A stretch of 64,000 nt of DNA, taken from contig JALUYI010000055.1 of assembly GCA_027013095.1 (NCBI GenBank), positions 7,475-71,474 of the forward strand, read 5' to 3'. Source of the stretch: Paracoccaceae bacterium (GTDB lineage Bacteria > Pseudomonadota > Alphaproteobacteria > Rhodobacterales > Rhodobacteraceae). Shown here piece by piece: positions 1 to 10,473 of the stretch; the first letter of the stretch is position 1; every line of letters starts with the position of its first letter. Both the position numbers and the translations under genes were made by a program. The notes under the pieces are model-generated. The model worked only from the letters and a program-made list of their open reading frames with translations, did no database searches and had not been told where the DNA came from.

Positions 1-134
1 GGATCGAGATCACGCTGGCCGGAGACGGGGCAATCGCACTTGAAGTGGACTGTCTGGATGTCAGCCTCAGCGACGTGACCCGCCCCTATGTCGCCCCATC
101 GGGGGCAGTGCCCAACCACGACAAAAGGGACTGA
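1..134 (+). CDS. 3' end of an upstream CDS cut by the window edge (44 codons ending ...DVTRPYVAPSGAVPNHDKRD*); product not recognisable from the fragment
   Basis: Frame is open from nt 3 to TGA 132-134, 2 nt before the hisD ATG. Not in the ORF track because it has no start. Confidence 0.45.
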   Translation, partial: IEITLAGDGAIALEVDCLDVSLSDVTRPYVAPSGAVPNHDKRD

Positions 135-136
135 AC

Positions 137-1456
137 ATGCCGGTCTTTCTGAACAGCCGCGACGCCGATTTTCAGGCGCGCTTCACCGCATTTCTGGCGA
201 CCAAGCGCGAGGCTGACCCGGATGTCGATGCCATCGTGGCCGACATCATAAAGGACATTCGCAGCCGCGGAGATCAGGCGTTGATCGAGCTGACCGCGCG
301 CTTTGATCGTCTGCAGTTGAGCCCCGAAACCCTGGCCTTTTCCGCCGACGAGATCGACGCCGAAATCGCCCGCGTTCCTCAGGCCGAGGCCGAGGCGCTT
401 GAACTGGCAGCGGCGCGCATCACCGCCTATCACCAGCGCCAGAAACCGGCCGATGCGATGTGGCAGGACACCAGCGGCGCGCATCTTGGTTGGCGCTGGA
501 CGCCGGTCCGGGCGGCGGGGCTTTATGTGCCAGGAGGGCTGGCCTCATACCCGTCTTCGGTCCTGATGAACGCCATCCCGGCCAAGGTCGCCGGGGTTCA
601 GCGTCTGGTGATCGCGGTGCCCACGCCCGATGGCGTGGTCAACCCGCTGGTTCTGCTGGCCGCGCGCCTGTCCGGGGTTGAAACGATCTATCGGATCGGC
701 GGCGCGCAGGCGATTGCGGCGCTGGCCTATGGCACCGAGACCATCGCTCCGGTGGCCAAGATCACCGGCCCGGGGAATGCCTTTGTCGCGGCGGCAAAAC
801 GGCGGGTGTTCGGGCATGTGGGAATCGACATGATTGCCGGTCCCAGCGAAATTCTGGTGATCGCCGATGGCAACAATGACCCGGATTGGGTGGCCATAGA
901 TCTGCTCAGTCAGGCCGAGCATGACGCCAGCGCCCAATCGATCCTTGTGACCGATGATGCCGATTTTGGCGCGGCGGTCGCCCGGGCCGTGCAGAGTCGC
1001 CTTGAAACGCTGCAACGGCGCGACATCGCCGGGGCCAGTTGGCGCGATTATGGGGCGGTGATCACCGTGGACTCGCTGGAAACGGCAGCGGAACTGTCTA
1101 ACCGCATTGCGCCCGAGCATCTGGAGCTGTGTGTCGCCGAGCCCCTGAAACTGTCGGAACGGATTACCGACGCCGGCGCGATTTTTCTGGGCGCCTACAC
1201 GCCCGAGGCCATCGGTGATTACGTCGGCGGGCCAAACCACGTCCTGCCCACGGCCCGCTCGGCGCGGTTTTCCTCGGGGCTGGGGGTTCTGGATTTCATG
1301 AAGCGCACAACTCTGACGGAAATGACCCCCGGATCGCTGGCCACCATTGGCCCGGCCGCCGAAGTTCTGGCCCGCTCGGAAGGGCTGCAAGCACACGGCC
1401 TGTCGGTCCGCCTGCGTCTGGATGCGGCGGTGCATGCAAGGGACGGCGACAAATGA
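137..1456 (+). CDS. hisD: histidinol dehydrogenase
   Basis: 439-aa ORF with an ATG start. Family hallmarks are visible ([49 protein letters not shown]). Its stop overlaps the next start (ATGA). Confidence 0.95.
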   Translation: MPVFLNSRDADFQARFTAFLATKREADPDVDAIVADIIKDIRSRGDQALIELTARFDRLQLSPETLAFSADEIDAEIARVPQAEAEALELAAARITAYHQRQKPADAMWQDTSGAHLGWRWTPVRAAGLYVPGGLASYPSSVLMNAIPAKVAGVQRLVIAVPTPDGVVNPLVLLAARLSGVETIYRIGGAQAIAALAYGTETIAPVAKITGPGNAFVAAAKRRVFGHVGIDMIAGPSEILVIADGNNDPDWVAIDLLSQAEHDASAQSILVTDDADFGAAVARAVQSRLETLQRRDIAGASWRDYGAVITVDSLETAAELSNRIAPEHLELCVAEPLKLSERITDAGAIFLGAYTPEAIGDYVGGPNHVLPTARSARFSSGLGVLDFMKRTTLTEMTPGSLATIGPAAEVLARSEGLQAHGLSVRLRLDAAVHARDGDK

Positions 1457-1944
1457 GCGCCACAACCGACCGCCTCAGCCACGTGGAAATCGATGACACC
1501 GGCCTGCCGGTTCCCACCCCCGAGATTGATCAGGAGCGCAAGGTTGCGATCTTTGATCTGCTCGAGGATAACAGTTTTGCCTTCCCTCTGATCGAGGGGC
1601 GACAGGCGCCAAGCGGCCCCTATCATCTGAACCTCTCCATCCGCGAACGCCGATTGGTTTTTGCCATCAAGACCGAAAGCGGCGCCGAGGTGGTCGAGTT
1701 TCACCTCTCGCTGTCGCCATTCCGGCAGGTGGTCAAAGACTATTTCCAGATTTGCGCCGCCTATTTCGACGCGGTGAAACACTTGCCTCCCAGCCAGATC
1801 GAGGCCATCGACATGGGACGACGCGGGATTCACGATGAGGGCAGCCGTGTTCTGCAGGAACGGCTGGAGGGCAAGGTCATCGTTGACACCGCCACCGCCC
1901 GGCGCCTGTTTACGCTGATTTGCGTCCTGCATTTCAAGGGGTGA
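1453..1944 (+). CDS. UPF0262 family protein
   Basis: 163 aa. The translation (IDQERKVAIFDLLEDNSF...GPYHLNLSIRERRLVF...FRQVVKDYFQIC) matches my memory of the alphaproteobacterial UPF0262 family that follows hisD. ATGA coupling to hisD. Confidence 0.8.
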   Translation: MSATTDRLSHVEIDDTGLPVPTPEIDQERKVAIFDLLEDNSFAFPLIEGRQAPSGPYHLNLSIRERRLVFAIKTESGAEVVEFHLSLSPFRQVVKDYFQICAAYFDAVKHLPPSQIEAIDMGRRGIHDEGSRVLQERLEGKVIVDTATARRLFTLICVLHFKG

Positions 1945-2408
1945 CCGGCGTGGCAGACGGCCTTCCCGGATCGGTGCTGTTCTGCTGCGACCATAACGCC
2001 GTGCGCTCGCCAATGGCCGAAGGGTTGCTCAAACGTCATGCCGGTCAGCGGATCTATGTACAATCCGCAGGGGTGAAAAACGATCTAGAGATCGATGGCT
2101 TTGCCATCGCCGTCTGTCAGGAACTGGGGATCGAACTGGGCCGTCATCAGGTGCGCACAATGGACGAAATGGTGGAATGGGGTGACGATCTGGAAAGCTA
2201 TGACCTGATCGTCGCGCTGTCCCCTGCCAGTCAACGCCGGGCGCTGGAGTTCACGCGCTTTGCCGCGCTGGACGTGGAGTACTGGCCGATCATCGACCCC
2301 ACCGGTCTTGGCAACACCCGCGAGGCGCGCCTTGACGCCTATCGGCAGGCCCGCGATCAGCTGATGGCCCGGATCGAGGCACGATTTCCGCTGCGCCCCC
2401 CGTCCTAG
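1941..2408 (+). CDS. low-molecular-weight phosphotyrosine phosphatase / ArsC-like phosphatase
   Basis: CX5R(S) P-loop is present (LFCCDHNAVRSPMAEG). I prefer the GTG at 1941, which overlaps the UPF0262 stop (GTGA); the track start at 1920 is TTG, and GTG 1950 is also possible. Confidence 0.8.
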   Translation: MTGVADGLPGSVLFCCDHNAVRSPMAEGLLKRHAGQRIYVQSAGVKNDLEIDGFAIAVCQELGIELGRHQVRTMDEMVEWGDDLESYDLIVALSPASQRRALEFTRFAALDVEYWPIIDPTGLGNTREARLDAYRQARDQLMARIEARFPLRPPS

Positions 2409-2426
2409 GGCATAGCCCCACTTAAA

Positions 2427-2984
2427 TCATCGCGGTGCCTTAAAGTCCCGCTTCAGCACCCCCCAGATCTCGGAGCGCAAAACCCAGCCCTGATACCCGT
2501 TCGCACGTATTCTGCACCAGCCACCCGCGCATGAACCAAGATAGGCGATGACCCCCTGCTCGGCATAGGCGGTTGGCCGCGCCCCAACCCGCGGTTTTTC
2601 CCGCAACGGGGTATAGTCCTTTTCAACCAGAACCGTGCGCACACCCGACAACAACGAGTAATGCACCCAACCGCCCTGCCCGTCCGGGTCTCGCACCCGC
2701 CGCCAGTTGCCAAATTCGGCGGTGATTTCCAGCGGCATGCCCGCCTTGGTGAAAACCCAGTCCACCCGATGGTTCAGACTGGGCCCGCGGCGCACGTTGG
2801 CCTTGTCGGATTTCAGCGACACAAACCGGGGCAGAGGCAGATTGGTCACCGGCCCGCGCCGCATCACGGATCCCGCGCCCGAGGCCCTGCCCGAAATCTT
2901 GTCGGCCCGAACAAGGCCTGCACCGGCGTTCAGGCCAAGGATCAGGGCAAGCACGACGAAAACTTTTGCAACGAAACCTTTCAC
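2427..2984 (-). CDS. SH3-like domain protein with N-terminal signal/anchor (bacterial SH3, DUF1058-type)
   Basis: The C-terminal part (LPLPRFVSLKSDKANVRRGPSLNHRVDWVF...GWVHYSLLSG...GWCRIRANGYQGWV) looks like tandem SH3b repeats. A GTG start at 2984 gives a hydrophobic leader (VKGFVAKVFVVLALILGLNAG). The upstream part of the 292-aa track ORF is Arg/Ser-rich junk. Confidence 0.7.
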   Translation of the reverse strand: MKGFVAKVFVVLALILGLNAGAGLVRADKISGRASGAGSVMRRGPVTNLPLPRFVSLKSDKANVRRGPSLNHRVDWVFTKAGMPLEITAEFGNWRRVRDPDGQGGWVHYSLLSGVRTVLVEKDYTPLREKPRVGARPTAYAEQGVIAYLGSCAGGWCRIRANGYQGWVLRSEIWGVLKRDFKAPR

Positions 2985-3135
2985 AGGTGCGATCCGCTCC
3001 TCAATGGTCAGCGCCGAGGCAGGCCGCCCGGTTCTGAAACTTGTGCGCAGGCGGACGTATTTCGCCTTTCCCCCTGCGGCTGTTTTTGCCACTATGGGGG
3101 CCGGAAATCTAGGCCCTATGGGGGACTCAAATCTT

Positions 3136-4122
3136 ATGCCCGTTAAAAAATTGAGCGTCATTGTCACCCGCCGTCTGCCCGAGCCGGTGGAAACACGATT
3201 GAAAGAGCTGTTTGACGTCGAACTGAACGAAAGCGACACGCCCTTTACCCATAACCAGCTGGTGGACGCCCTGCAGCGAGCCGATGTTCTGGTGCCGACC
3301 CTCAATGATACGATTGACGCGCGCGCGCTGGCTCAGGCCGGGGAACGGCTGCGCCTGATCGCCAACTACGGCGCCGGTTTCGACCATATCGACGTGCAGA
3401 CGGCACGACAGCGGGGGATTCTGGTGTCCAACACACCGGGCGTTCTGGCCGATGATACGGCAGACATGACCATGGCCCTTATCCTGACAGTGATGCGGCG
3501 GTTCAAGGAGGGCTCGAACCTGTTGCAGTCCGGCGACTGGCAGGGCTGGTCTCCATCGGCCCTTTTGGGCAGCCGGATCGGCGGCAAGCGGTTGGGGATT
3601 CTGGGCATGGGGCGCATCGGCACGGCGCTGGCCCGGCGCGCCCGCCCGTTTGGCCTGCAGATCCATTATCACAACCGCAAGCGCGTTCACCCCGCCATCG
3701 AAGAAGAACTGGAGGCGACCTATTGGGAGAGTTTCGACCAGATGCTGAGCCGGGTTGACATCCTGTCTATCAACTGCCCGCACACGCCTTCGACCTTTCA
3801 CCTTTTGAACGCGCGGCGTCTGAAGCTGATGAAGCCCACCGCCTTTGTGGTGAACACCTCGCGCGGAGAAGTGATCGATGAAAACGCCTTTACCCGAATG
3901 CTGCGCGCTGGCGAACTGGCCGGGGCGGGTCTGGACGTGTTTGAAAAAGGCCCAGACATCAACCCGCGGCTGAGGGGGTTGGACAATGCGGTTCTGCTGC
4001 CGCATATGGGCTCGGCCACCGAGGAGGGGCGGTTGGAGATGGGAGAAAAGGTCATCATCAACATCAAGACCTTCGCCGACGGCCACCGTCCACCGGATCA
4101 GGTGGTGCCGTCGATGCTGTAG
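3136..4122 (+). CDS. D-isomer-specific 2-hydroxyacid dehydrogenase (glyoxylate/hydroxypyruvate reductase-like)
   Basis: 328 aa from ATG 3136 (MPVKKLSVIVTR). NAD fold GILGMGRIGTALARRA is present, as is the catalytic region NTSRGEVIDE...LPHMGSAT. The track ORF from 2707 is an N-terminal over-extension. Confidence 0.88.
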   Translation: MPVKKLSVIVTRRLPEPVETRLKELFDVELNESDTPFTHNQLVDALQRADVLVPTLNDTIDARALAQAGERLRLIANYGAGFDHIDVQTARQRGILVSNTPGVLADDTADMTMALILTVMRRFKEGSNLLQSGDWQGWSPSALLGSRIGGKRLGILGMGRIGTALARRARPFGLQIHYHNRKRVHPAIEEELEATYWESFDQMLSRVDILSINCPHTPSTFHLLNARRLKLMKPTAFVVNTSRGEVIDENAFTRMLRAGELAGAGLDVFEKGPDINPRLRGLDNAVLLPHMGSATEEGRLEMGEKVIINIKTFADGHRPPDQVVPSML

Positions 4123-4144
4123 GTCATAGACCTCTCTGCAACCC

Positions 4145-4927
4145 TCAGGCCAGTTCGCGCCCTTCGACCAGATATCCGTAAAGCGTGGTCATGAAACTGA
4201 TGCCAAACAGGAACAGGACAAACCCGATCAGGCTGCGCAGGATCGTCCCCCCGAGGCCGAACCCGAGAAGCGGGTTAACCAGCCCGTTCAGGACCGAGAC
4301 CAGCACGACAGCAATCACGACCAACCAGATTCCACCTGTTGCCTTTTTCGTCATCGCCCATGATTGACCCAGCCTCAGCGGCTTGCCGATGGCAGCAGCC
4401 GGCAACACTAAGCATAACCGGTAATAGATGTAGGAAAGCGGCACCCCCAGAATCACCACCGAGACAATAAGCACCAGGGGCACCGCCGCGCCCGGAGTCG
4501 GTACCGTCCCCGACGCCATCACCCCGGGAAGGACAATCACGGTCGCAAGGATTTCGAGCGGAATTGCAACCGCGATAAGGATCAACCCCACCAGCACCCC
4601 GCGGCCGAAATAGGACAGGATTTGCCGCCCGTGAAAGGCTGGTAGAATCAGACCCGGACGCTCCTGCAGTAGAACAAAGCGGTGCCAGGCAACCGCGATC
4701 CAGAGAAATGCAAACCACGAAAACACCGCGGCCACCAGAAAACCGGGAGAAAAGGCGGCAAACGGATGCGTCGGATCCGGATGCTGCGTGGCCTTTATGA
4801 ACGCCGGGGTAGACAGGGCGGACAACACCAGTGAAATCAGCACCAACAGCCAACCGATCCTGATCGCGTCCTTGATATTCCTTAAGACCATACCAATTGC
4901 GTGACGAAGGATTTTCCAGCCCAGCAT
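4145..4927 (-). CDS. polytopic membrane protein, function unknown
   Basis: About 6 hydrophobic spans. ATG 4927 is preceded by AGGGGAA; the track start 4969 is a TTG overlapping the dnaE stop. Confidence 0.6.
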   Translation of the reverse strand: MLGWKILRHAIGMVLRNIKDAIRIGWLLVLISLVLSALSTPAFIKATQHPDPTHPFAAFSPGFLVAAVFSWFAFLWIAVAWHRFVLLQERPGLILPAFHGRQILSYFGRGVLVGLILIAVAIPLEILATVIVLPGVMASGTVPTPGAAVPLVLIVSVVILGVPLSYIYYRLCLVLPAAAIGKPLRLGQSWAMTKKATGGIWLVVIAVVLVSVLNGLVNPLLGFGLGGTILRSLIGFVLFLFGISFMTTLYGYLVEGRELA

Positions 4928-4965
4928 AAAATTCCCCTGCTTAATATTACTTTGGGGCGTGTTTA

Positions 4966-7900
4966 TCAAAATTCCTCAACCGTGACAACACCCGGCAGGC
5001 TGCGCAGGGCACCTCGGATCTGCGGGTTGACGGCATAGCTGCGGCCCAGCGCCATCTCCACCTCGCCGGGCAGATCGGGATGGATCAACAACATGTTGAC
5101 CGGGCCGGTGCCCGCCGAGGCCTGCCCCTTGTGGACCTCATTCAGGACCGCCGCCACCGGGGCAACCGCCCCGGGATCGTTCACGATCACCCGCAATCCC
5201 ATCGCCGCGGCATCGGCCACCGCCACATCCACCGGCTGCACCGAGCGGCACAGCAGTTTTAGCTGGTCCCCTTCCAGATCCGCCTCGACCGCCAGCACCA
5301 GGTTGGCCCCGGCAACGAACAGGTCACGATAGCGTTCCAGCGTGTCGGCAAAGACCGTTACCTCAAACAGGCCGGTTGCATCAGAAAGCTGGACAAAGGC
5401 AAAGCGGTTTCCCCGCGCCGATTTGCGCTGCTGCATACCGGCAACGGTCCCGGCCAGTTTGGCAGCAACACGGCCGCCTTCGGCCTTTTGGCGCAGCTCG
5501 TTCAGGGTCAGCACATTCTTGCGTTTAAGCGGCCCCTGATAATCGTCCAGCGGATGACCCGACAGATAAAAGCCGATGGCCTGATGCTCTTGCCCCAGCT
5601 TTTCCACCGGCAACCAGTCCGCGGGCATTGGCAGGCGCGGTTCGGGCAGGTCTTCGCCGCTGTCCCCAAACAGGCCGCCTTGGGCGGATGCGCGTTCCTC
5701 ATGCACCGCCCCTGACCACGCGGTAAGCGCATCGATGCTGGCCAGAACCTTGTGGCGGTTGCTGTCAAGCTGATCAAAGGCCCCCCCGCGGGCCAGCATT
5801 TCCAGCGGGCGCTTGCCGATGCGCTTCATGTCCACGCGGCGGGCAAAGTCAAAAAGATCGCGAAACGGAGTGTCTTTGCGGCCTTCGACAATCAGGCGCA
5901 TGGCCTCGATGCCGACATTTTTCAACGCCCCCAGCGCGTAATGGATCTGCCCGTCCGCAACCGAGAACGTGGCCAGTGAGCGGTTGACGCAGGGAGGCAC
6001 CAGCGGAATTTCAAGGCGCTTGACCTCTTCGATATAGACCCCCAGCTTGTCGGTCAGGTGAATATCGCAGTTCATCACGCCGGCCATGAACTCGACCGGG
6101 TAATTGGCCTTCAGCCAAGCCGTCTGATAGCTGACCACGGCATAGGCGGCGGCGTGGGACTTGTTAAAACCGTAATTGGCGAATTTCTCCAGCAGATCGA
6201 AAACCTCGGCGGCCTTTTTCTTGTCGACACCATTTTCCATCGCGCCTTTTTCAAACTTGGGACGCTCCTTGGCCATTTCCTCGGCAATCTTCTTGCCCAT
6301 GGCGCGGCGCAGCAGGTCGGCGCCACCCAGCGTATAGCCCGCCATTTCCTGGGCGATCTGCATCACCTGTTCCTGATAGACGATGATGCCCTGGGTTTCG
6401 TCCAAAATATGGTCGATCGAGGGGTGCAGGCGGTCGCGTTCCTCGACCCCGTTCTTGACCTTGCAGAATTTGGGGATGTTTTCCATCGGCCCCGGCCGAT
6501 ACAGCGCCACCAGTGCGACGATATCCTCGATGCAGGTGGGCTTCATCTGGCGGAGCGCGTCCATCATGCCGCTGCTTTCAACCTGGAACACGGCAACGGT
6601 TTTGGCGCTGGCATAGAGCTGATAGGTTTTTTCGTCGTCCAGCGGGATATGGCCGATATCCACCTCAACCCCGCGCAGTTTCAGCAGATCCAGCGCGTTC
6701 TTGATGACGGTCAGGGTTTTCAGGCCCAGAAAGTCGAATTTCACCAGCCCCGCCTGTTCGACCCATTTCATGTTGAACTGGGTTGCGGGCATGTCGGAGC
6801 GCGGATCCTTGTAAAGCGGCACCAGCTGATCAAGCGGCCGATCACCGATGACCACGCCGGCGGCGTGGGTCGAAGCATTGCGCAACAGCCCCTCGAGCTG
6901 CTGGGCATAGGTCAACATGCGGTTGACCACCTCTTCGGCGGCGGCCTCTTCGCGCAGGCGGGGTTCTTCGGCAAGCGCCTTTTCGATGCTGACCGGCTTG
7001 ACCCCCTCGACCGGGATCAGCTTGGACAGGCGATCGACCTGCCCATAGGGCATCTGCAAAACGCGCCCCACATCGCGCACCGCCGCCTTGGACAGAAGCG
7101 CGCCAAAGGTGATGATCTGGGCAACCTTTTCACGGCCGTATTTCCGCTGCACATATTCGATCACCTCTTCGCGGCGATCCATGCAGAAATCGATATCGAA
7201 GTCGGGCATCGACACCCGCTCGGGGTTGAGGAAGCGTTCGAACAGCAGCTTGTAGCGCAGCGGGTCAAGGTCGGTAATCGTCAGCGCATAGGCCACCAGG
7301 CTGCCCGCGCCCGAGCCCCGCCCCGGCCCCACCGGAATATCGTGGTCCTTAGCCCATTTGATGAAATCTGCAACGATCAGGAAATAACCGGGAAAACCCA
7401 TGCTTTCGATGATGCCCAGCTCGAATTCCAGCCGTTTTTCGTATTCTTCCACGGGCGCCGCATGGGGAATGACGGCAAGGCGCGCCTTTAACCCCTCGTG
7501 CGCCTGACGGCGCAGTTCCTGAACCTCGTCATCGGCGAAACGCGGCAGGATCGGCTTGCGCCTTTCCACCTTGAAGGCGCAGCGGCGCGCGATTTCGACC
7601 GTGTTTTCAATCGCCTCGGGCAGGTCGGCGAACAGGGCGGCCATCTCGGCCCCCGATTTGAAATAATGCTGGGGCGTCAGCTGCCGGCGCGGCTCCTGCT
7701 GATCGACATAGGCCCCATCGGCGATGCAGAGCAAGGCGTCATGGGCCTCGTACATCTCGGGTTTCGGGAAATGCACATCATTGGTGGCGACCAGTGGCAG
7801 ATCCATCGCATAGGCCATCTCGACAAGGGCGCGCTCGGTCATCTGCTCGGCCCGGGTATAGCGCCCGTCCTCGCCGGGGTGACGCTGAAGCTCGACATAA

Positions 7901-8415
7901 AGACGATCAGGAAAAAGGGTCTTGAACCCATCGAGCAGCGCCTCTGCCCGGTCCCGATGCCCCTCGATCAGAACGGCGCCAAGCGGCCCTGTGGCACCGC
8001 CGGTCAGGCAGATCAGACCCTCGGCATGGCGGGCCAGATGCGCCATCGTAACCCGTGGCAAGCCGCTCTGGCTGTCAAGATAGGCCGCCGAGTTCAGCTT
8101 CATCAAATTGCCGTAACCGGTCGCGGTCTGCGCCAAAAGGACGATGGGGCGGGGGGCGGGGGGCGCCGCACCGATCTGTGCGGGGGCGCCATATTCCAGA
8201 TCCAGTTGACAACCGATAATCGGTTGCACCCCGGCCGCTGCCGCCGTGACCGAAAATTCCAGCGCCGCGAACATGTTGTTGGTATCGGTAACCGCCACCG
8301 CAGGCATGGCGTTTTCCCGACAAAGCGCCGCCAGTTTCTTGTCTCGTACTGCCCCTTCGAGCAATGAATATTCAGTGTGCAAACGCAGGTGTATGAATCG
8401 CGGGGAAGGTGTCAT
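4966..8415 (-). CDS. dnaE: DNA polymerase III alpha subunit
   Basis: 1149 aa. PHP N-terminus (FIHLRLHTEYSLLEGA), the polymerase core (GRGSGAGSLVAYALTITDLDP, PDFDIDF) and FNKSHAAAYA are all visible. Confidence 0.97.
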   Translation of the reverse strand: MTPSPRFIHLRLHTEYSLLEGAVRDKKLAALCRENAMPAVAVTDTNNMFAALEFSVTAAAAGVQPIIGCQLDLEYGAPAQIGAAPPAPRPIVLLAQTATGYGNLMKLNSAAYLDSQSGLPRVTMAHLARHAEGLICLTGGATGPLGAVLIEGHRDRAEALLDGFKTLFPDRLYVELQRHPGEDGRYTRAEQMTERALVEMAYAMDLPLVATNDVHFPKPEMYEAHDALLCIADGAYVDQQEPRRQLTPQHYFKSGAEMAALFADLPEAIENTVEIARRCAFKVERRKPILPRFADDEVQELRRQAHEGLKARLAVIPHAAPVEEYEKRLEFELGIIESMGFPGYFLIVADFIKWAKDHDIPVGPGRGSGAGSLVAYALTITDLDPLRYKLLFERFLNPERVSMPDFDIDFCMDRREEVIEYVQRKYGREKVAQIITFGALLSKAAVRDVGRVLQMPYGQVDRLSKLIPVEGVKPVSIEKALAEEPRLREEAAAEEVVNRMLTYAQQLEGLLRNASTHAAGVVIGDRPLDQLVPLYKDPRSDMPATQFNMKWVEQAGLVKFDFLGLKTLTVIKNALDLLKLRGVEVDIGHIPLDDEKTYQLYASAKTVAVFQVESSGMMDALRQMKPTCIEDIVALVALYRPGPMENIPKFCKVKNGVEERDRLHPSIDHILDETQGIIVYQEQVMQIAQEMAGYTLGGADLLRRAMGKKIAEEMAKERPKFEKGAMENGVDKKKAAEVFDLLEKFANYGFNKSHAAAYAVVSYQTAWLKANYPVEFMAGVMNCDIHLTDKLGVYIEEVKRLEIPLVPPCVNRSLATFSVADGQIHYALGALKNVGIEAMRLIVEGRKDTPFRDLFDFARRVDMKRIGKRPLEMLARGGAFDQLDSNRHKVLASIDALTAWSGAVHEERASAQGGLFGDSGEDLPEPRLPMPADWLPVEKLGQEHQAIGFYLSGHPLDDYQGPLKRKNVLTLNELRQKAEGGRVAAKLAGTVAGMQQRKSARGNRFAFVQLSDATGLFEVTVFADTLERYRDLFVAGANLVLAVEADLEGDQLKLLCRSVQPVDVAVADAAAMGLRVIVNDPGAVAPVAAVLNEVHKGQASAGTGPVNMLLIHPDLPGEVEMALGRSYAVNPQIRGALRSLPGVVTVEEF

Positions 8416-8576
8416 TCGGTCAGTCTAGTCCGTTTCAAACCGGGGCGAAAGCACCGAAACCCGCAAGATTGCACCTTGCAAATCCCGCCAACGAGCGCCA
8501 GTTTGCTGATCTGTCAAGCGGGGCGTGTCAGAGTCAACCGGATTGCTGTGGCCCCGGATTATAAAGGAGAACCCAC

Positions 8577-8924
8577 ATGGGCAGCCTGACCACACATGTT
8601 CTGGACACCGCCACCGGCAATCCGGCGGCTGGCCTCAGGATCGAGCTGTTTCGTCTGGACCCCAAGCCGGGGAAACTTGCCGATATCACCACTAACGCCG
8701 ACGGACGGGCCGCTGAGCCGCTGCTGGCGGGCGACAATTTTTTGATCGGCGAATATGAGCTACGCTTTCACGCCGGGGCCTATCTGGCGAGCCTTGACCC
8801 GACCCTGCCCACGCCAAGATTTCTGGACATCATTCCCATTCGCTTTGGCATCAGCGAAGCCACCCACTACCATGTGCCTCTGTTGTTGTCGCCGTTTGGC
8901 TATTCAACCTATCGAGGAAGCTGA
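8577..8924 (+). CDS. uraH: 5-hydroxyisourate hydrolase (transthyretin-like)
   Basis: 115 aa. N-terminal [16 protein letters not shown] and the diagnostic C-terminal YSTYRGS are present. Strong SD (AAAGGAGA). Confidence 0.92.
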   Translation: MGSLTTHVLDTATGNPAAGLRIELFRLDPKPGKLADITTNADGRAAEPLLAGDNFLIGEYELRFHAGAYLASLDPTLPTPRFLDIIPIRFGISEATHYHVPLLLSPFGYSTYRGS

Positions 8925-9060
8925 CAAAAACCTTGCCACAGGGCATATGGTCTGGTTTGCTAGGGGGCATGACATCAGGGAGGCCGCAGTTTTGTTTTAC
9001 GTCGCATCGGGCAAAGCTGCAATCGGCTGAATGAAGAGAAGGCGGCGGATAAACTGAGAC

Positions 9061-10473
9061 ATGGATATTCAGTTTCTTCTGAATGGAGAGACCGTGCGGA
9101 TTGCGAAGGTTCCGGCAACCCGCACCCTGTTGGCGTGGCTGCGCGAAAGTCGCGCCCTGACCGGCACGAAAGAGGGATGCAACGAAGGCGATTGCGGGGC
9201 CTGCACGGTCATGGTCAGCGCCTTCGAGGACGGCCAGATTCGCCACCGGGCATTGAACGCCTGCATCCTGTTCCTACCACAGCTTGATGGCAAGGCGGTG
9301 CGCACAGTCGAGGGCCTCAGCGGCCCCGAAGGCCAGATGCACCCGGTGCAGGCAGCAATGGTCGAACATCACGGCAGCCAATGCGGCTTTTGCACACCGG
9401 GAATCGTGATGTCTCTGGCAGTTGCCCATCGAAACGGCGCGCAGAATTTCAACGACATTCTGGCCGGAAATCTGTGCCGCTGTACGGGCTATGCCCCCAT
9501 CATCCGCGCCGCCGAGGCTGCGTCGCAGGCACCGGACGCGTCATGGCTGGATACTGATATCGATAAGCTGGCCGCCCTCACGTCATCCGCTGCACGCCCC
9601 CCTGCAGAAGCGCAGATATTTGCCCCGCGCAGCAGTCAAGATCTGGCCGGCTGGTTTCTGGAAAACTCCGATGCGACACTTATCGGGGGGGCAACCGATG
9701 TCGGTCTGTGGGTCACGAAACGTCTCAGCTCACTTGGCAAGGTCTGCTTTCTCGGTCAGGTCGCGGACATGCAGGGTATCAGCGTTGACGAAAATCGCGT
9801 CCGCATCGGTGCGGCAACCACGATGAACGAGGTGCAGGACGCAATCGGTAAATTCCACCCTGATCTGGCCGAGCTACTACGCCGTTACGGCTCGGTTCAG
9901 GTGCGAAACGCGGCCACCCTTGGCGGCAACATCGGCAATGGCTCCCCCATCGGAGACGGGCCGCCGGCGTTGATCGCACTGGGGGCGACACTGCATCTGA
10001 GGCGCGGGACCGCCCGGCGCGAGATCCCGCTGGAGGATTTCTTTATCGCCTATGGCAAGCAGGACATCGAGCCGGGCGAATTCATCGAGGCCGTCTCGGT
10101 GCCTCGCCAAACCGACGCGCTGAGATGCTATAAGATTTCAAAGCGGTTCGATCAGGACATTTCGGCGCTCTGCGGCTGTTTCAATATCCACGTTAACGAT
10201 GGCGTGGTTACAACGGCCCGTATCGCCTTTGGTGGGATGGCCGCCACTCCGAAACGCGCCGCCACCGTTGAATCCCGGCTGGTCGGCAATGCGTGGAACG
10301 CCGCCACTATCGAGGCGGCGCTGTCGGCATTTGATGTCGATTTTTCCCCGATTGACGATATGAGGGCCTCGGCCGCCTACCGTCTGGAAACCGCCCGCAA
10401 CCTGTTGTTGCGCTATTTTGCCGAACAGAGCGAGGGTCGCGCATCGACCCGAATTCTGGAGGTCACCCCATGA
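9061..10473 (+). CDS. xdhA: xanthine dehydrogenase small subunit (2Fe-2S + FAD)
   Basis: 470 aa. Ferredoxin motifs CNEGDCGACTV and CGFCTPG...CRCTGY are followed by an FAD-binding domain. ATGA overlap with xdhB. Confidence 0.93.
   Translation: MDIQFLLNGETVRIAKVPATRTLLAWLRESRALTGTKEGCNEGDCGACTVMVSAFEDGQIRHRALNACILFLPQLDGKAVRTVEGLSGPEGQMHPVQAAMVEHHGSQCGFCTPGIVMSLAVAHRNGAQNFNDILAGNLCRCTGYAPIIRAAEAASQAPDASWLDTDIDKLAALTSSAARPPAEAQIFAPRSSQDLAGWFLENSDATLIGGATDVGLWVTKRLSSLGKVCFLGQVADMQGISVDENRVRIGAATTMNEVQDAIGKFHPDLAELLRRYGSVQVRNAATLGGNIGNGSPIGDGPPALIALGATLHLRRGTARREIPLEDFFIAYGKQDIEPGEFIEAVSVPRQTDALRCYKISKRFDQDISALCGCFNIHVNDGVVTTARIAFGGMAATPKRAATVESRLVGNAWNAATIEAALSAFDVDFSPIDDMRASAAYRLETARNLLLRYFAEQSEGRASTRILEVTP

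Noticed and set aside
6058-7491. Long antisense ORFs opposite well-supported genes. Examples: 6058-7491 opposite dnaE; 10728-11894 opposite xdhB; 3127-4086; 28658-29704; 35821-36948, 36990-38255 and 39483-40628 opposite narH/narG; 51702-53141 opposite the kinase; 57748-59022 opposite FDH alpha.
   Set aside because: Their translations are Arg/Gly/His/Pro-rich and low-complexity, with no recognisable motif. The opposite strand encodes textbook proteins in each case. Long stop-free antisense frames are expected in high-GC DNA.
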